NCBI RefSeq assembly: GCF_000281045.1
Contig: NW_008246105.1
Location: forward strand, 133,644-196,161
Length of the DNA: 62,518 nucleotides
From: Saprolegnia diclina VS20
Lineage: Eukaryota
Direction of reading: 5' to 3'
The first letter of the stretch is position 1, and each line of letters starts with the position of its first letter. Below the pieces are notes generated by a model. That model did not search any database. It saw nothing but the letters and a program-made list of their open reading frames with translations, and was not told the DNA's origin. Shown here piece by piece: positions 49,091-62,486 of the stretch. The translations under genes and the position numbers were made by a program.

Positions 49091-52000
49091 TTAGCTCATG
49101 AGGTGGCGCCATTGAACGCTCATGGTGACCGCGTGCGAGTACTCGGGACGGATACCATCTTGGAGCGGAAGCGTCTCCTTGACGACGTCTGCGCTTGTGG
49201 GCAGTCGCTTCCGGAGTTCGAGGACCGACGTCGTAATGTGCCCGAGGCTGGTCGCCGTGCCCGTCCGCGGCTGCGCAAAGAGCTCCACGTGCAAGCTCGC
49301 CGTCTCCACCGAGTAGACGAAATAGCTGAACCTAGCACGTCCTTGGTATGCGATCCGTGGCTGATGGAGACGACGTACTGCTCGTTCCAGACGACCGACT
49401 TTTGCTGCTTGACGAGCGCTGTCGTGTAGCTCTGGTTGTCGCACGTCAAGACACCATGCATGGCTGGTGGGTCCATGTCGACGGCCGTCCCATCCTCTTG
49501 TGTGAGCTCAACCGAGTGGTGGAGCGTCACTTGGAGCATGCCGACGCACACGTCCGAGCCAAGCCCTTCGATGGCTAGTACAGTACAGGCGAAAATAGGA
49601 GTGAGTGCCGCAAGCACGTACTGGAGCGGTGACCTTGGGCCGACGTCGGTGCTTTCTTGGTGCAGTAAAAGAGCCGCCGACACACGCGTAGGTAGAGCTG
49701 CCCGGGTTTGACCGACGGCCAGCTCAAGTCGACGCGGAGCTCGTGGTCCTAGGCACCATATTACATTGAAACGTCGCATCGGCCGCAACTCGGTACCCGC
49801 TTTACGATGAGCGCGCCAACGTCAACGATCGAGGTGCACACGACCTCGTCCGGGAGACTCTTTTGGTGGCGCCAAACTTCAACATGCATGGTGGGTCGCG
49901 TCGGTTTGGCCCAGTAAAACTCATACTTCTCATCGAACGCGCACGAGTGGGCAGACTCGTCCAGCGGGCGCACCTCGGTCTTGTGCGTCGTTTGCGGTGC
50001 CGACGTTCCGTGCAGCGTACTCTGCAGCTTGATGGGGCTCGTCGGCTCGGTGGTGGCCTCCACCAGCGACACGATGCAGTAGAGATCGACCGGTTCATCA
50101 AACGTCGCGACCAAGTTGCGTACGTGGAGCGAAACGACGCCAGGTCCAAAGACGCTTGTGGCTGGTACCTTCTCTTTTGAATCGTCGTCGGTCGTGGACG
50201 ACGACGCCAACGGCGAGCGCACGTCGGCGGACGTCGACATATTCGTCGGAAATATGCTTGTTTCGATCGGGTACAGCTCGGGGTCCCAGAAGGGCATGTC
50301 GAGCACTTTTGGCCACACCATGTTGTTGACAATGAGGTCGCGAAGGAAGGTTTGCAAGCTACGTCAGCATGAAGACAAGCAGACAATGTCGTCGTACAAG
50401 TCGGATATGAACGGAACGTTGGTGACGTTGATCTTTGCGGCTGTGAGCGAAAACTCCATCCGCGGGTGGCTATGGCTGGACATAAGACCACCACATTTCC
50501 GGTCGGTCCTGAGACCTGATGAAGGACACCGATACACCACTAGACGACGTTGTGAGATGACCCGCGTCTGGATGATTTTGGTTGCGTACCCAAAGCCAGG
50601 CCAGACCGTCGCCATCGGCCGAAGCGTGATGCGCATCGTGCCCATGACGACGAGGTCCTTCAGGCGCACACGCGCCGCCGCGCCCAGTTGATGGGCGACC
50701 TTGATCTCTGCAAGCTGGTCGTCGCCCGCTGCGAAGCGTACCTCGGCGTCCCACGAGATTTCCGAGACGGGACCGTCGGGAAGCGCATCATCCGAGGGAA
50801 TGCACTTGATGCCACCAAACGACGGCGGTGACGAGCCCATGTCGACATTGATAAGCGACAACGCCGAGATGAACGTGGGCTTGTTCGAGTCCAAGACGGG
50901 ATTCAACGAGCTCATCATCGAGTTCTACCCGTCGCAATCGCTCATCGCACCAAGAAAGAATAGGATTTCCAACCCGCATGGCCACCTTGATGTACGGCCA
51001 GCCGCTACAAAATCATGTTGATCTGGACACTGTCAAGGGAGCATATGTACCGCTCAATCGCTTTGTTGAGCCACTCGGCGCGCTCGACGTCTGCCACATG
51101 ACATCAAACGACACGCCGGCGTCATCCATTCCAGGGGTGGACGTACCGGAAAACTTGACCCAGCTCGGAAACTAAAACGACATGGTGAGGTATATCCTCG
51201 ACGCGACTGCACCTCAATCGACGGGTAGTTGTGGTAGTTGGCCTTCTCAGCCGCTGTCATGTGGAGGGCCTCGGCGCGAAGACTCTTGCGTCGCACGTCC
51301 TTCTCCTCTGCAAAGTTCCATCCCAGCAAGACCACGAGCAGCATGCCAACGCCAGGGGCGAGTCCAAAGAGAGCCATCGTGTGCACCGCGAGGAACATGG
51401 CCAACAAATGCCAGTAGCTCGTGGTGTAGACTACGTTGGCAGCGTAAAAGCCCGCGAGCGCGACGGGGCATACGACAGAGAGACCTAACGCGCCCGAGAG
51501 AGCGCTAAGGACGAGGCCACCGCATTTGTGCGAGATGGACGCCGCCATCGCCCACACGCGACGATAACAAGCGGCCCAGAAACTGTGCATTGGCACGATG
51601 GGCGCGACGCCCGTTGTCTTTTGGTCGAGCACAACCTTGTCAAAGTTGCGCTGGCGCATGAGCTCGTTGCGATCTTCCAGCAGAACGAGCGCTGGTGGCA
51701 TGCTCGGTCGGGCGTCGGACGTGGCGTCGGACGAGAGCTTGGACTTGCGTGGATGTATCGCTCGGTTGAGGAGCGCCATGGGGCTGTTGCCACTCTTGGA
51801 GATTAAGAACTTGGTCTTCTCCCCCGTGTTGTTTGGCGCCAAGATGGAGGGAAACTGGAGCTTGACCTTGGCCTTGGCCAATTCGCTGGACGGCGACACG
51901 ACCGTTGGCGAGAGCGCAGCGTCGCTGGCCCTAGCGCTCGGAGGCGTTTTCGACGACGGCGAAAACGGGTTGAGCTTGTTGAGGTTGAAGCCGGCCCAAA

Positions 52001-52918
52001 GCTCTTCAGCGCAGGTCTCAACCGCCGGGTGTATCGCTGCATCATCGCCAGACGACGCGCGCGACGAGCGCGGTGCCTCTTCTTCTTCCAGGTCCGACTC
52101 GTTGCTCATGCATCCATCGTCCGCGATGTGGTACGAGCTAAGGCCCATGCCGGGGCGAACAATGTCGGCCCCGACGACGCCGTCGTCCCCTCGCTTGGCC
52201 GCATGGAGGATCGCGCGGCTAATGCACTTGACCCATAGAAGCGCTCGCTCGGGCTTCTCTTCGCGAAACGCAAATGTCTGCGGCCGATAGTGGATCGTCG
52301 TGCGCTTCGTCCAGGCTTGGACGTTCATGGTAAACATGTTGTCGGTGATGGTACTGTCGTCGCGTGGGTCGTAGCTCAGCGTTGCCTTGCAGAGCGAGAG
52401 AATGTAGATGGACGTTGTCTTGGACTCGTTCCTGCACACCATACGAAGAATGCAGCAGCAGCATCGCAAGTCGCATGACGTACGTGAAGATCTCCATGCC
52501 AGGGCTCTCTGCGTTCACGACAACGTAGTAGCGCGACTTGCCGAGAAAGAAGAGGTTCTTGTCCTGTTTCTTGAGGTACACGCGCATGTAGCCTTCGACG
52601 ACGTCGGCGCGCATGGCTCGCTCCGACGACCGCTTCGAGAGCTTTGTCACCGCGTCGTCCACGAGCTTTGCCTTCTCATGGCTCGGCACCTTGTCCTTGA
52701 AGAGCGCATGGAAGCTTGGCATCTTGAAGTTCTCCTTCTTCACGACGATTCCACCATCGTCCTTGGTCTCGGTGCTCTTGCGGGTCGCATCCTGTGGGAC
52801 CTACGAGGCGCATGGAGCCATGATCCTCCTCTTCCTCGACCTCTTCCATGGCTCCCGCAGCATGCGCATGGCCTACCATCGTCTCGGCGCGGCCGCGCTC
52901 GTCCTTGTCGGCGTCCAT
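49091..52918 (-). CDS. Extended-synaptotagmin-like protein: PH + TM + SMP + C2 domains
   Basis: PH: VEGYMRVY..RYYVV..ERALLWVKCISRAI. Hydrophobic hairpin. SMP: FPSWVKF/PDVERAEWLNKAI, VDMGSSPPSFGGIK, NNMVWPK. C2 motifs: FDEKYEF and VVWNEQ. Confidence 0.82.
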
Positions 52919-53158
52919 CGAACGTCGAGGATTTGCACACTGCAAGCAGGCGTTACACGGCGAAACGCAGGTGCTTCTGCTGTAAATTAATATGCAACGT
53001 ACGAACTGCATTTTAATCATATGGCGTTACAAAGTACAAGAGAAGGAGTAAAAAAACGCCTCGCCCACCCTGAATTATATTACGCGCCCGTGCTCTGATT
53101 GGCCAAAAAGATGATATCGCGGGCGTGGGTTTGAGTTCAATTTCCGAGTTTCGCAGGA

Positions 53159-54147
53159 ATGCTGACCAAGCGGCCACGCAAGGAGGCGCCACGCGCCGAC
53201 GACAGCGCTGGCAGCACCGACCTCGAGGAGGCCGAGGCTGCGCGCAAGCAGCGCCGGCGCGATCAGGTCCGTATCAACCAGCGCAACCTGCGCCAGCGCC
53301 AGCGGATGCTCAATGGGCTCGAGGAAGACGTCAAGACGATCGAGCTCGAGATCGCCGAGTACGACAAGAACCTCCAGCAGCTGCGCAACCTCAGCGCACG
53401 CGACGACTTTTTCGTGTCCAATTTCGCCCAGTATTTGCACGTGCACCTCTATGGCGTGCTGCCGACGCACCCGGGCCGCGTCTCGGAGCAGCGTCGCATC
53501 TCGCGGTTTCTGTTTCGCGACGATGTCATGTACGGCGGCGTCTTTGGCCACTCGTACATTGAAGACCAATGGCTCAAGTGGGCAGGGTTCCACCCCAAGT
53601 TCAAGCTCGTGCCAACAGGGTTCGAAGTCATGCACAGTAACGAGGCGGCCGTCATTCGCGTCCCCGTTGAAATCACGTTTGTCATGACGCGCCTTACGAT
53701 CGAGGCCATGTACCCGCACATCCTCGCCCGCGAAGACATTGTCCAGCAGGTACACGTACACGCGCAAATGGTGGACAAAGGAATCATCCTCATCCTCATC
53801 TTCCGCACCACATTAGATCCTCGGGCAAGAATTTTCGACCCAAGCTGGCTTTCTCGCATACTATGACGAACACGGCCAGATCGAGCGCATGGAGACGTGG
53901 GCCGACCTCGCGACGACGTTTTCGGAGGCGATCGGCACGCTCGGCGCCAGCGCCCTTCTTTCCGATTCCGAGTACCGTGACACGTCGCATATTCGTGGTG
54001 TCCAGGCGATCACGGCCAACTTGTACCGGCAACTCGAGGCCATGCAGCTCGACGACGCCAGTACGCCTCAGGGTACGCCAGCTCCCTGTTCCTATTATGG
54101 TACTGACGTCTCTTGCTCATGTAGATGCCGGAGTTGTCATGTTGTAG
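53159..54147 (+). CDS. Oomycete-type bZIP transcription factor (Val in place of the invariant Asn)
   Basis: Basic region RRRDQVRINQRNLRQRQ followed by a heptad LEEDVKTIELEIAEYDKNLQQL, then a C-terminal domain (QYLHVHLYG..EDQWLKW..TIEAMYPHI). Intron ~53749-53816. The 3' end is uncertain. Confidence 0.78.
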
Positions 54148-55483
54148 TCAATCTCATCTTCCATCCTCCTCATCATACTACACAAATGCACCTTATTTAT
54201 AAGGCGCCTCGCGTCCACCTCGCTCTGTACTCCACTCGTTGCCGACGACGACGTGCAGGTCGCTCCACAGACTACAGTGTATACGCCATATGCCGGCCAG
54301 ACCGTTGAGCTTCACACATCGACGGTCCGTACTAGTACTGTCGTGGCTTCCCACCTCGGTGTACTTGTACCTCGATCTCGCCGCAGCTGCTTGTCGTTTA
54401 TGGAAGCCAGTCGATCGGGTGCATGTCTAGCCCCATCTCCGCTCCTCTCTCGCGCCCGATGGCCGAGTCTCTGACACGCGTCGAATCAGGCCCATTCGAC
54501 AGCTCACATTACAGCCATTGGCTTGTCGACCCGCTCGCAGTGATCAGCCACACAACACGACGTATACACATCCATATCTAATCAAGGCAAGGCCCGAGGC
54601 TTGACCGTCTGCTGCGTGATCACGCTGGTGCCACAGAATGATATCCGCACACGAGTCAACTTAGATTGCCCTACGTCTGGGTCCCATACGACTCTGGCGC
54701 CTTGAAGAACGGATGAGCGCCATTCGGCAAGTTACTGCCTTGAAGCTAGCGCTCTTCGATCCCAGCCGGGGGCATGGTCGGGGGCGTGGTCGGGGAGGAG
54801 GCCTCACATTCGAGTACTGACCGGCCGTGGTGCGCGAACCCACTTGGGCCATGCGCTACGTATACCTCTCATGTGTGCCACGTGCGTAATTTTCTTTATT
54901 GTTTGTCATCGGCCCCTTCAACAAGAGGCTCAGAGCCCCTCCAGATCACCAGCGACGGCCATGACACTAGGCGCGTCGACTTGCTAGCCGCACCGGCCCT
55001 TTTGCCACAGCAAAACCTCCAAAATATAGGCTACTAGTATGACCAAAGGAGAAGCGCGGTAGTTCTCGTCGCCCTGCGCATCGCGGGACCGGCAGCTTTT
55101 CTGGCCTGCGACCGGAAAACGTTAACTCCTGCTGTGATACTCTGATCGTCGTTTTCTTCGTTATGTTCGTTGGGCACGACTTGTACAGCAAGAACGCCAA
55201 GAAGAACGACCTTCAACGACCATCCAAGTCCACCCGACTGTTTCCATGTTGCCGCAAAGTCCGACATGATGATGCCCTGTGTCTTGGGATCATATCACGT
55301 GGAAGCAATCAACCCAGCCGTTTCGCCCGTCACGTGGGCGATTCTTTTGGGACAAATGGGCGAAACTCATTTCTGGGACAAACCCACCTCGCGTTTAGTC
55401 GAAATGTAGTCGGTACCCAACCGATCTTTAGTCGGTGCACGGTTGAAGTGGTGGACTAAAAACCGTCTGCTCCGTCGCCGACG

Positions 55484-57828
55484 ATGAGCCGCCGACGGTC
55501 GTATGGCTCGAGCGCGAACCCGAGTCGCCACTTTGAGTTCGACGTGACCGAAGATACGCTCTCGGGGCGTACGTCCGTCACTACGTCATGCGCAGGCTCA
55601 TGCTTCTTCTCTAGCCACCTGGGCGTTCCCGGGGTATGGCCACGCCGAGCAGATCGAGGTGCCCAAGGAAGAGCTCGAGCGCATCCGCCACAAGATGCAA
55701 AAGCCTCGCCACCTCCTCGGCGAGTGGCCGTCCACGGGCATTAGCGGCAACGACCTGCTCTCAAGCTGCCTCTACTCGTCCGGCATTGTGGCCTCGAAAG
55801 CCGGCAAGCTTGCGCCGATCCCAACGCTCATGGTCGCGTGCCTCATGTACCTCTTCCGCTTCGTCTACGTCGAGGTCGTCTCGGCGATTCCGCTCAACGG
55901 CGGCTCGTACAACACGATGCTCAACACGTCGTCGAAGCGCGTCGCGGCCATGACGGCGGCGCTCGCCATCATCGCATACCTTGCGACCGGCGTCGTCGGC
56001 GCGGTCTCGGCCTCCGACTACCTCAAGGCGCAGGTCACGGACCTCGATTCGATCCAAAGCGCGATTGGAATCCTCTTTGCATTTGCACTGCTCAACTTTC
56101 TCGGCATGGCCGAGAGCTCGGTACGCATTTGGCGACTAGTATACTGATGCATGGCGACTAAGTTCTTAGTAGGTCATTGCGCTCCTCATCTTTGGGCTGC
56201 ATATCCTCACGCTGTGCATCTTGATTGGCGGGTCCGTCGTCTACAGCGTCCAGTACCCCAAGGTATGCAATCGCATCGCGTAGTCGAAGTACTGAGATGG
56301 TCAACTAGGTTCTCCGCGACAACCTCGCGTCCGACCTCCCCGAGATTGACTTCTGCGGTGCGCTCATTGCAGGCACACCGCTGCGCGCGATTTTCTTTGG
56401 TTTCTCGTCGGCGATGCTGGGCGTCACGGGGTTCGAAACGGCGGCCAACTTTGTCGAGGAGCAGGAGCCCGGCATCTTTGGCAACATTCTCCGCGTACGT
56501 TGCTCTTGTCTGCACGCGAGTACGACCGTTGACGTAGAACATGTGGGCGCTCTCGTCCTTCTTCAACGTGACGCTGTCGCTGCTCAACCTGAGCGTCCTC
56601 CCGCTCTTTGGCGCCGACGGGTCGATTGCCAACAACAATGTCGTGCTGGCGCTCATGGCGCGGCGCGTCCTTGGCCCGGGGTTTGAGCTCTGGGTCACGA
56701 TCGACGGCTTCATCGTGCTCGCGGGGTCGGTGTTGACGTCGTATGTCGGTATCACGGGCCTCGTCCGGCGCCTCGCGTGCGACCGGGTGCTGCCCGAGTT
56801 TCTCTTGGCGGAAAATGCTTGGCGGGGCACGAACCACTACATTATCTTTTCGTACTTTGCCGTCGCGTCGAGCTTGGTGCTCGTGCTGCATGGCGACATT
56901 GTCATGCTCTCGAGTGTCTTTTCATATGCCTTCCTTGGTCTCCTCGTGCTCTTCTCGGCCGGCGCGATTCTCTTCAAGGTCAAGCGCAGCCACATGCCCC
57001 GCGAGACCAACGCGGCTTGGTACGTACACATGGTGGTCTTGTACGAAGGACGATGGCGATGTCGTAGGTGGAAGTGCATTGTCGCGTTCAGCATGGTCGT
57101 GCTCGGCTTCCTCGGCACGTTGCTCGGCGACCCGCGCGTGTCGCTCATCTTTGCACTCTACTTCCTCGTCGTCGTCGGTCTGATCTTTTGCATGCTGGAG
57201 CGGCTCTGGCTGCTCCGGTTTGCGATTTTCATCATGCGCACGCTGTGCCCGTCGCGCCGCGACCGCCGCTTGGACGCGACCGACGACGACGACGAGAGCC
57301 CGGACGACGAAGAGCTGTTGCTGCCGCGCACGGGTGCCCGCGGTGGTCGCACGATTCTCAAGGTAGAACACACTTGTGTTGGATCGAGAGGTAGGTATCT
57401 TTGTGGCGTAGATCATGAAGAGCATCAATGCGCCACCAACGGTCTTCTTTTGCAAGCACATGTCGCTCTCGCTCATCAACAAGGCGGTCATGTACGTGCG
57501 CATGAACGAGCAGACAGAGACGCTCAAGATCGTGCACGTGCACAAGCCAAGCACGCCGGTGCCCCAAGGCTTTGTGGACCTTGTCGCTGTCTTTGACCGC
57601 ATGTACCCGAAAATCAAGGTACTGTCTCTGGGTTTGTTTCACGTCGAGAGCGCAGTTGTCGCTTGATAGATTGACTTTATCTCGATCGAAGGTATCTTTG
57701 AGCCGGCGCTCGTCCAATGGCTCTCGGAGACGCTCGGCATTTCGACCAACATGATGTTCATTCGCCAACCCGACAACATTGACGCGCACAAGGTGTCGCT
57801 CCTCGGCGTCCGCGTCATCACGGGCTAA
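55484..57828 (+). CDS. APC-superfamily amino-acid permease with a soluble C-terminal domain
   Basis: GISGNDLLSSCLYSSG, PLNGGSY, GVTGFETAANFVEEQ, LAGSVLTSYVG and LACDRVLP motifs; multiple TMs; tail INKAVMYVRMNE..NMMFIRQP. Confidence 0.9.
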
Positions 57829-58472
57829 GAACCGTTCTGTCCAAAAACGTTGTCCAAAAACATATTCCATCTTTCCCGCACTAAACTCGTTTACTAATAA
57901 TGTTGTTCCAGTCGCTTTTTTGAGCTGTCAGTGTTGCTGGGGGTGCTCGTTCCTTTGGTCGAGTCGAGAGCGAGATGGAGCATCTTGCCATGGTCGCCAG
58001 GCCAACTCGCTACACAAGTCGGTGGCGGCTCAAAAAGGTACCTACACGCTCGTTCTCGGCGTTGCTTGGGTCCTGATTACATAACCTCCAAGCGGTACTA
58101 GCTTGGACCAGGTCCGCTCAGGTTGAAGTTGCATCATGAGCTCATTTGATCTGCTGCTGCATGACCAGGATAGCGTATTTCCTTCAGTTCGTCAGCGCAC
58201 TTAATCAAGAGCCTTTAAATAGTGTGACGCGAGAAACACGTATTTGGCTTCCTGCCTCTGGGTACCACCATGAAGGGGCATTGGGGCGGGATGATGCATC
58301 AAACCTATCTCATTCTCGAGTGCAGTGGCGAGGGGGACAACGAGTATCACGGATCGCTGAGGAAATAGCGGTCTACGTATACACACACTATTTCAATTGA
58401 GATTGCTCTCTGAAGTACGAGATACGCTAGGTCCGATTCTTGGAATTCCAAGCGGATCCGGCAAAGTGCAAA

Positions 58473-61056
58473 ATGACCGCTTGGAGCGACACGCAGTCGG
58501 CGACGTTAGCCGCGGTCGTCGACACCTTCACGGGGCCGCTGAGCGCCGACGACGCGAGCCGCCTCGTCACCGAGCACCTCGCTACGCTGCGCGATCATGC
58601 GGCGCCGCTCCAGACGCAGACTCGCGACGGCCTCATGGCCTTGGCCCAGGTTGACCCGATGGAGCTCAACGTGCTCGAGAGCTTCAAGACGCTCCTGCTT
58701 GACCTGCCCAAAGACAAGGTACGAGATATCTCGCGCGCCTTGGACCTGCTCGCAACGGGCTGGGGCACGATGCTGCTGACGGGCAGCCGCATGGCGCCTT
58801 TCGTTGAGCTCGACCGCCACGAGCGCGAAGCCGCCATGAACAACCTCGCACGCTCGCGACTGTCTATTGTCCGGTCGCTATTCCTCGCTTTCAAGGCACT
58901 CGTCGTCCTGCCCACGTATGCGACACCGGCGACGGTCGATGGCGCGCCGAGCCCGTTCTGGGCACCGCTCGAGTACCCTGGCGTGCCAGAGAAAGACCCC
59001 GAGATGGAGCCGGCTTGGGTGCCCACCTTTGAAGAGTACATATTCTGGACATGGTAGGTCCATCTTAGCTGCGATGCGATAGCATGGAGGCGCTTGCCAA
59101 GGAAGCAGGCGACGGCAATCCTATCGAGCTTGAAACCGACGTCGTCGTCGTCGGGTCGGGCGCGGGTGGCGGTGTTGTCGGTACGCCTCCACCTTGATTA
59201 CACGTACCTTGCTCACGATTTCCAACCAGCGGCCGAGCTTGCTCAAGCCGGGTACCGCGTTCTCGTGCTTGAGAAAGGTGTCTACTATAACCCGGTCGAC
59301 GATCCCTTCACCGAGCTCGCGTCGCTCCGTCAAAAGTTCGACAATGGCTGCATCGTCATTCCCGATGACGGCTCAGTGCTCTTCCTCGCAGGCTCGACTT
59401 GGGGTGGCGGCACCGCGATCAACTGGTTTGCTTGGCTTTTACAATGAGCATATTCCACAGCTCGTCAATGGTAGGTCGGCGTCGTTCCGGCTACCGTACA
59501 ATGTCCGACAAGAGTGGGCAACCCAGCACCACTTGCCGTACTTTACGTCGCCGGCGTACGAAGCCGCGATCAACGCCGTGTGGGCCCGCGCCGGCGTCTC
59601 GGACGCCCATTTTTGCCACAGCGGCGCCAACCAGGTCCTCGAAGACGGCGCGACTACGCTCGGCATGGGCGTGGCCAAGATCGCACAGAACACCAACGGG
59701 GCCGCACACGACTGTGGCTTTTGCAACCTCGGGTGTCCGTCGAGCGAGAAGCAGAGCTCGGCCGTGACGTGGCTCAAGGACGCGCAAGATGCTGGTGCCA
59801 AGTTTATTCAAGGCTGCCACGTCGATCGCGTCACGTACTCGAGTGACAAGATCGCGACCGGCGTCGAAGCAACCGTCTTGAACGGGTCGGTGAAGCTCAT
59901 TGTGAAGGCAGCGACCGTCGTCGCCGCCGGTGGGAGCCTCCACACGCCAGCGCTGCTGTTGCGGTCGGGCTTGGCCAACAAGAACATTGGCAAGCACCTG
60001 CGCATCCACCCCGTGTCGTCTGTCCACGGGTATATCCCGTCCAAACTCCTCCAGCCTTGGACCGGTGCGATCATGACATCTGTGTGCACGCACCTCGCCG
60101 ACCTCCACGGAGATGGGTACACCTTTTGATCGATAGCGACTTGAGAAGCAACGGATGTCTCTAGCTACGGCGTGCGCCTCGAAGTGCCGTCCAGTATTCT
60201 TGGCATGCTCTCGACGATCCAGCCCTGGCGCAGCAACGCCGACCACAAACGCCTCGTGATGCAGTACCCCCGCACCGCATCCTTCATCGCGCTCGTCCGC
60301 GACTGCGACACGACGAGCCGCGTCACCATTGACGCCGACGGTAGGCAGCGCGCGCAGAGCTCTTCGTCACGCCGCCGTATGTAGGGCGTCCGCGCCTCAG
60401 TGTCTCGCTCGGCAGCAAAGACGCGCTCTCGGTGCAAGAAGGCTTGATCGCCGGCGCCAAGATCTTGCTGGCCCAAGGTGCTGTCGAAGTCAACACGACG
60501 CATTTCGACTTACCGCCGCTTCAACTCCGCGCCAAAGAGGACTTGGCCAACCCGATCGAGTGTGCGACGACCCAGAACTGGTTTGCGCAGATCCGTGCCA
60601 AAGGCGTGGTCCAGAACCGCATCGGTCTCTTCAACGCGCACCAGATGGGGTCGTGCCGCATGAGCGCGTCGCCGGACGACGGCGCCGTCAACCCCGATGG
60701 CGAGACGTGGGACATCAAGGGTCTCTACGTCGCGGATGCGTCGCTCTTCCCGACAGCGTCCGGTGTCAAGTGCGTTCTCTGCGTCGTCTGGCGTCAAATG
60801 CACTCATCACTTCTATGGTAGTCCCATGATGACGACGTTTGCGATGGGGTACTCGGTCGCCCAGTTTCTGAAGGCCAACCTCGCCGCCGAGAAGCGTCAA
60901 CCGACGGGCAAACTGCGCAAAGCGTGGCCGACAACGCCGTGGTGGCAGCGCTTCTTTCGCGACCCAACTGCATTCGCGGTTATCGCGCTGCTATGGCTCC
61001 TGGGCGGCAAGCGCTTTTGGACCACGCGCCTCCAGGCCCTTCGTGGTCGCCCTTAA
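58473..61056 (+). CDS. Long-chain fatty-alcohol oxidase/dehydrogenase (GMC oxidoreductase)
   Basis: DVVVVGSGAGGGV, VLVLEKG, AGSTWGGGTAINW, CGFCNLGC, GGSLHTPALLLRSG, IGKHLRIHP, AHQMGSCRM and VADASLFPTASGVNPM motifs. Confidence 0.92.
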
Positions 61057-61148
61057 GTGTACTACATAGTACAATTGCTTGTTTCTGACACATTTCGTTA
61101 TCGCTATCGGTATACACCACAGGACAGAAATTAAATTCGATCTTTAGT

Positions 61149-61194
61149 CCACTCATCGCAAGTCGACAAACCCACTAATCGCAAGTCGACAAAC
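61149..61194 (+). repeat. Tandem 23-bp duplication in the intergenic spacer
   Basis: CCACTCATCGCAAGTCGACAAAC followed by CCACTAATCGCAAGTCGACAAAC (1 mismatch). Confidence 0.9.
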
Positions 61195-61413
61195 GCTCTT
61201 GGGCCAGTCTGCAATTGCACTAGTAGATCTGAGTCCAGTCTACTAAGCTTACTAGTATTAATACCTGATCTTAGTCTATATCTCAGTCAAGTCTACAGAG
61301 GTGATGACAATCTAGAAGTATGCAATGTGTGTGTCGTCGACGACACTTCAATGTGCTACTGCGATGCCCTTTCGCGACACTTCGATCTTTCCGGATGCCA
61401 CATCCGAATTGCC

Positions 61414-62486
61414 ATGGCCTGCGGCCTGTCGCCTGAGATGGCGGCGATGCTGGCGCAGATGTCCAAGGAGAAGGAGCGGGACGTGCACGTGTCGAGCGAA
61501 GAGCTGGCAGCAACGATGGAGTACAACAAGAAGGTCCAGGACCGCTACAACGAGGTGCAGGCCAAGCAGGCGGCGTCCGCGGGCTACGACTGGACGCGTC
61601 CGTACGAGAAGTGGGAAGCGTACGAGGACCCCGAGGACCTCGCAGCGAAAGAGCAGGCTGCGCGTGAGAAGGCCGAGCACGCCGCCATGCGGCAGTCCTG
61701 CAACCACGATCATTCCGCGGAGCAAAAGCTCATGGACATGACAACGGCCGCGAAAATGGAGAAATGCGACCACTTTCGTCGCCTCGGCAACCGCTTCTTT
61801 GCGCACGCGCAGTACCAGCGCGCTGCCTACCACTACCACCGCGCGCTCATCTACTTTGAGTACATGTTTAGCGACACGGACGCCGAGCAAGCTGAGGTAG
61901 TCCGCCCAATATCTTGCTGCAGGGAAACGCAACTCGCGGACCTTAGATGGATGCGCTCAAGAAGCGTATTTTGCTCAACTTTGCACTCTGCCGCCTCAAG
62001 ACGCGCCATTTGGACCAAGCGCTGCACCACGCGACGCTGGCGCTCAAGCTCGACGACGCCAACGTCAAGGCCAAGTACATTTGCGCGGTCGTCTACCGCA
62101 TGCAAGACCACTTTGACGACGCGCAGCGCGAGCTCGACGCTGCGATCGCGCTCAGTCCCAGCGACGCCGCTTTGGCACAAGAGCTGCGGACGCTCGTAGC
62201 GAAAAAGGCGGCGTACCGCGTCAAGAGCAAGCAGCTGGGCGCCGCCATGTTTCAAACCGCCCAGCCCAAAGCCCGCGTCGCCAGCCGCAGCGCAAGTCTC
62301 TTCCAGGACACGAGTCTCCAGCGTGCGCTGGACCTCGAGCTGCGACCAGCAACGAGCGCCATGACCGACGAGATTGAGAGCTGGCGGCCGTCAGCCTTCG
62401 GGGCGGCATCGATGGCCGCCTTGCTCGGGCAACTCTCGGGCGACAACGGCGTTGACGCTGCCCTGCTTGTGCGCCCGACCGCCTAG
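61414..62486 (+). CDS. TPR protein (FKBP/Cyp40-type three-TPR clamp-like)
   Basis: FRRLGNRFFAHAQYQRAAYHYHRAL, LLNFALCRLK..ALKLDDANVKAKY; SCNHDHS motif upstream; intron ~61897-61947. Confidence 0.8.
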
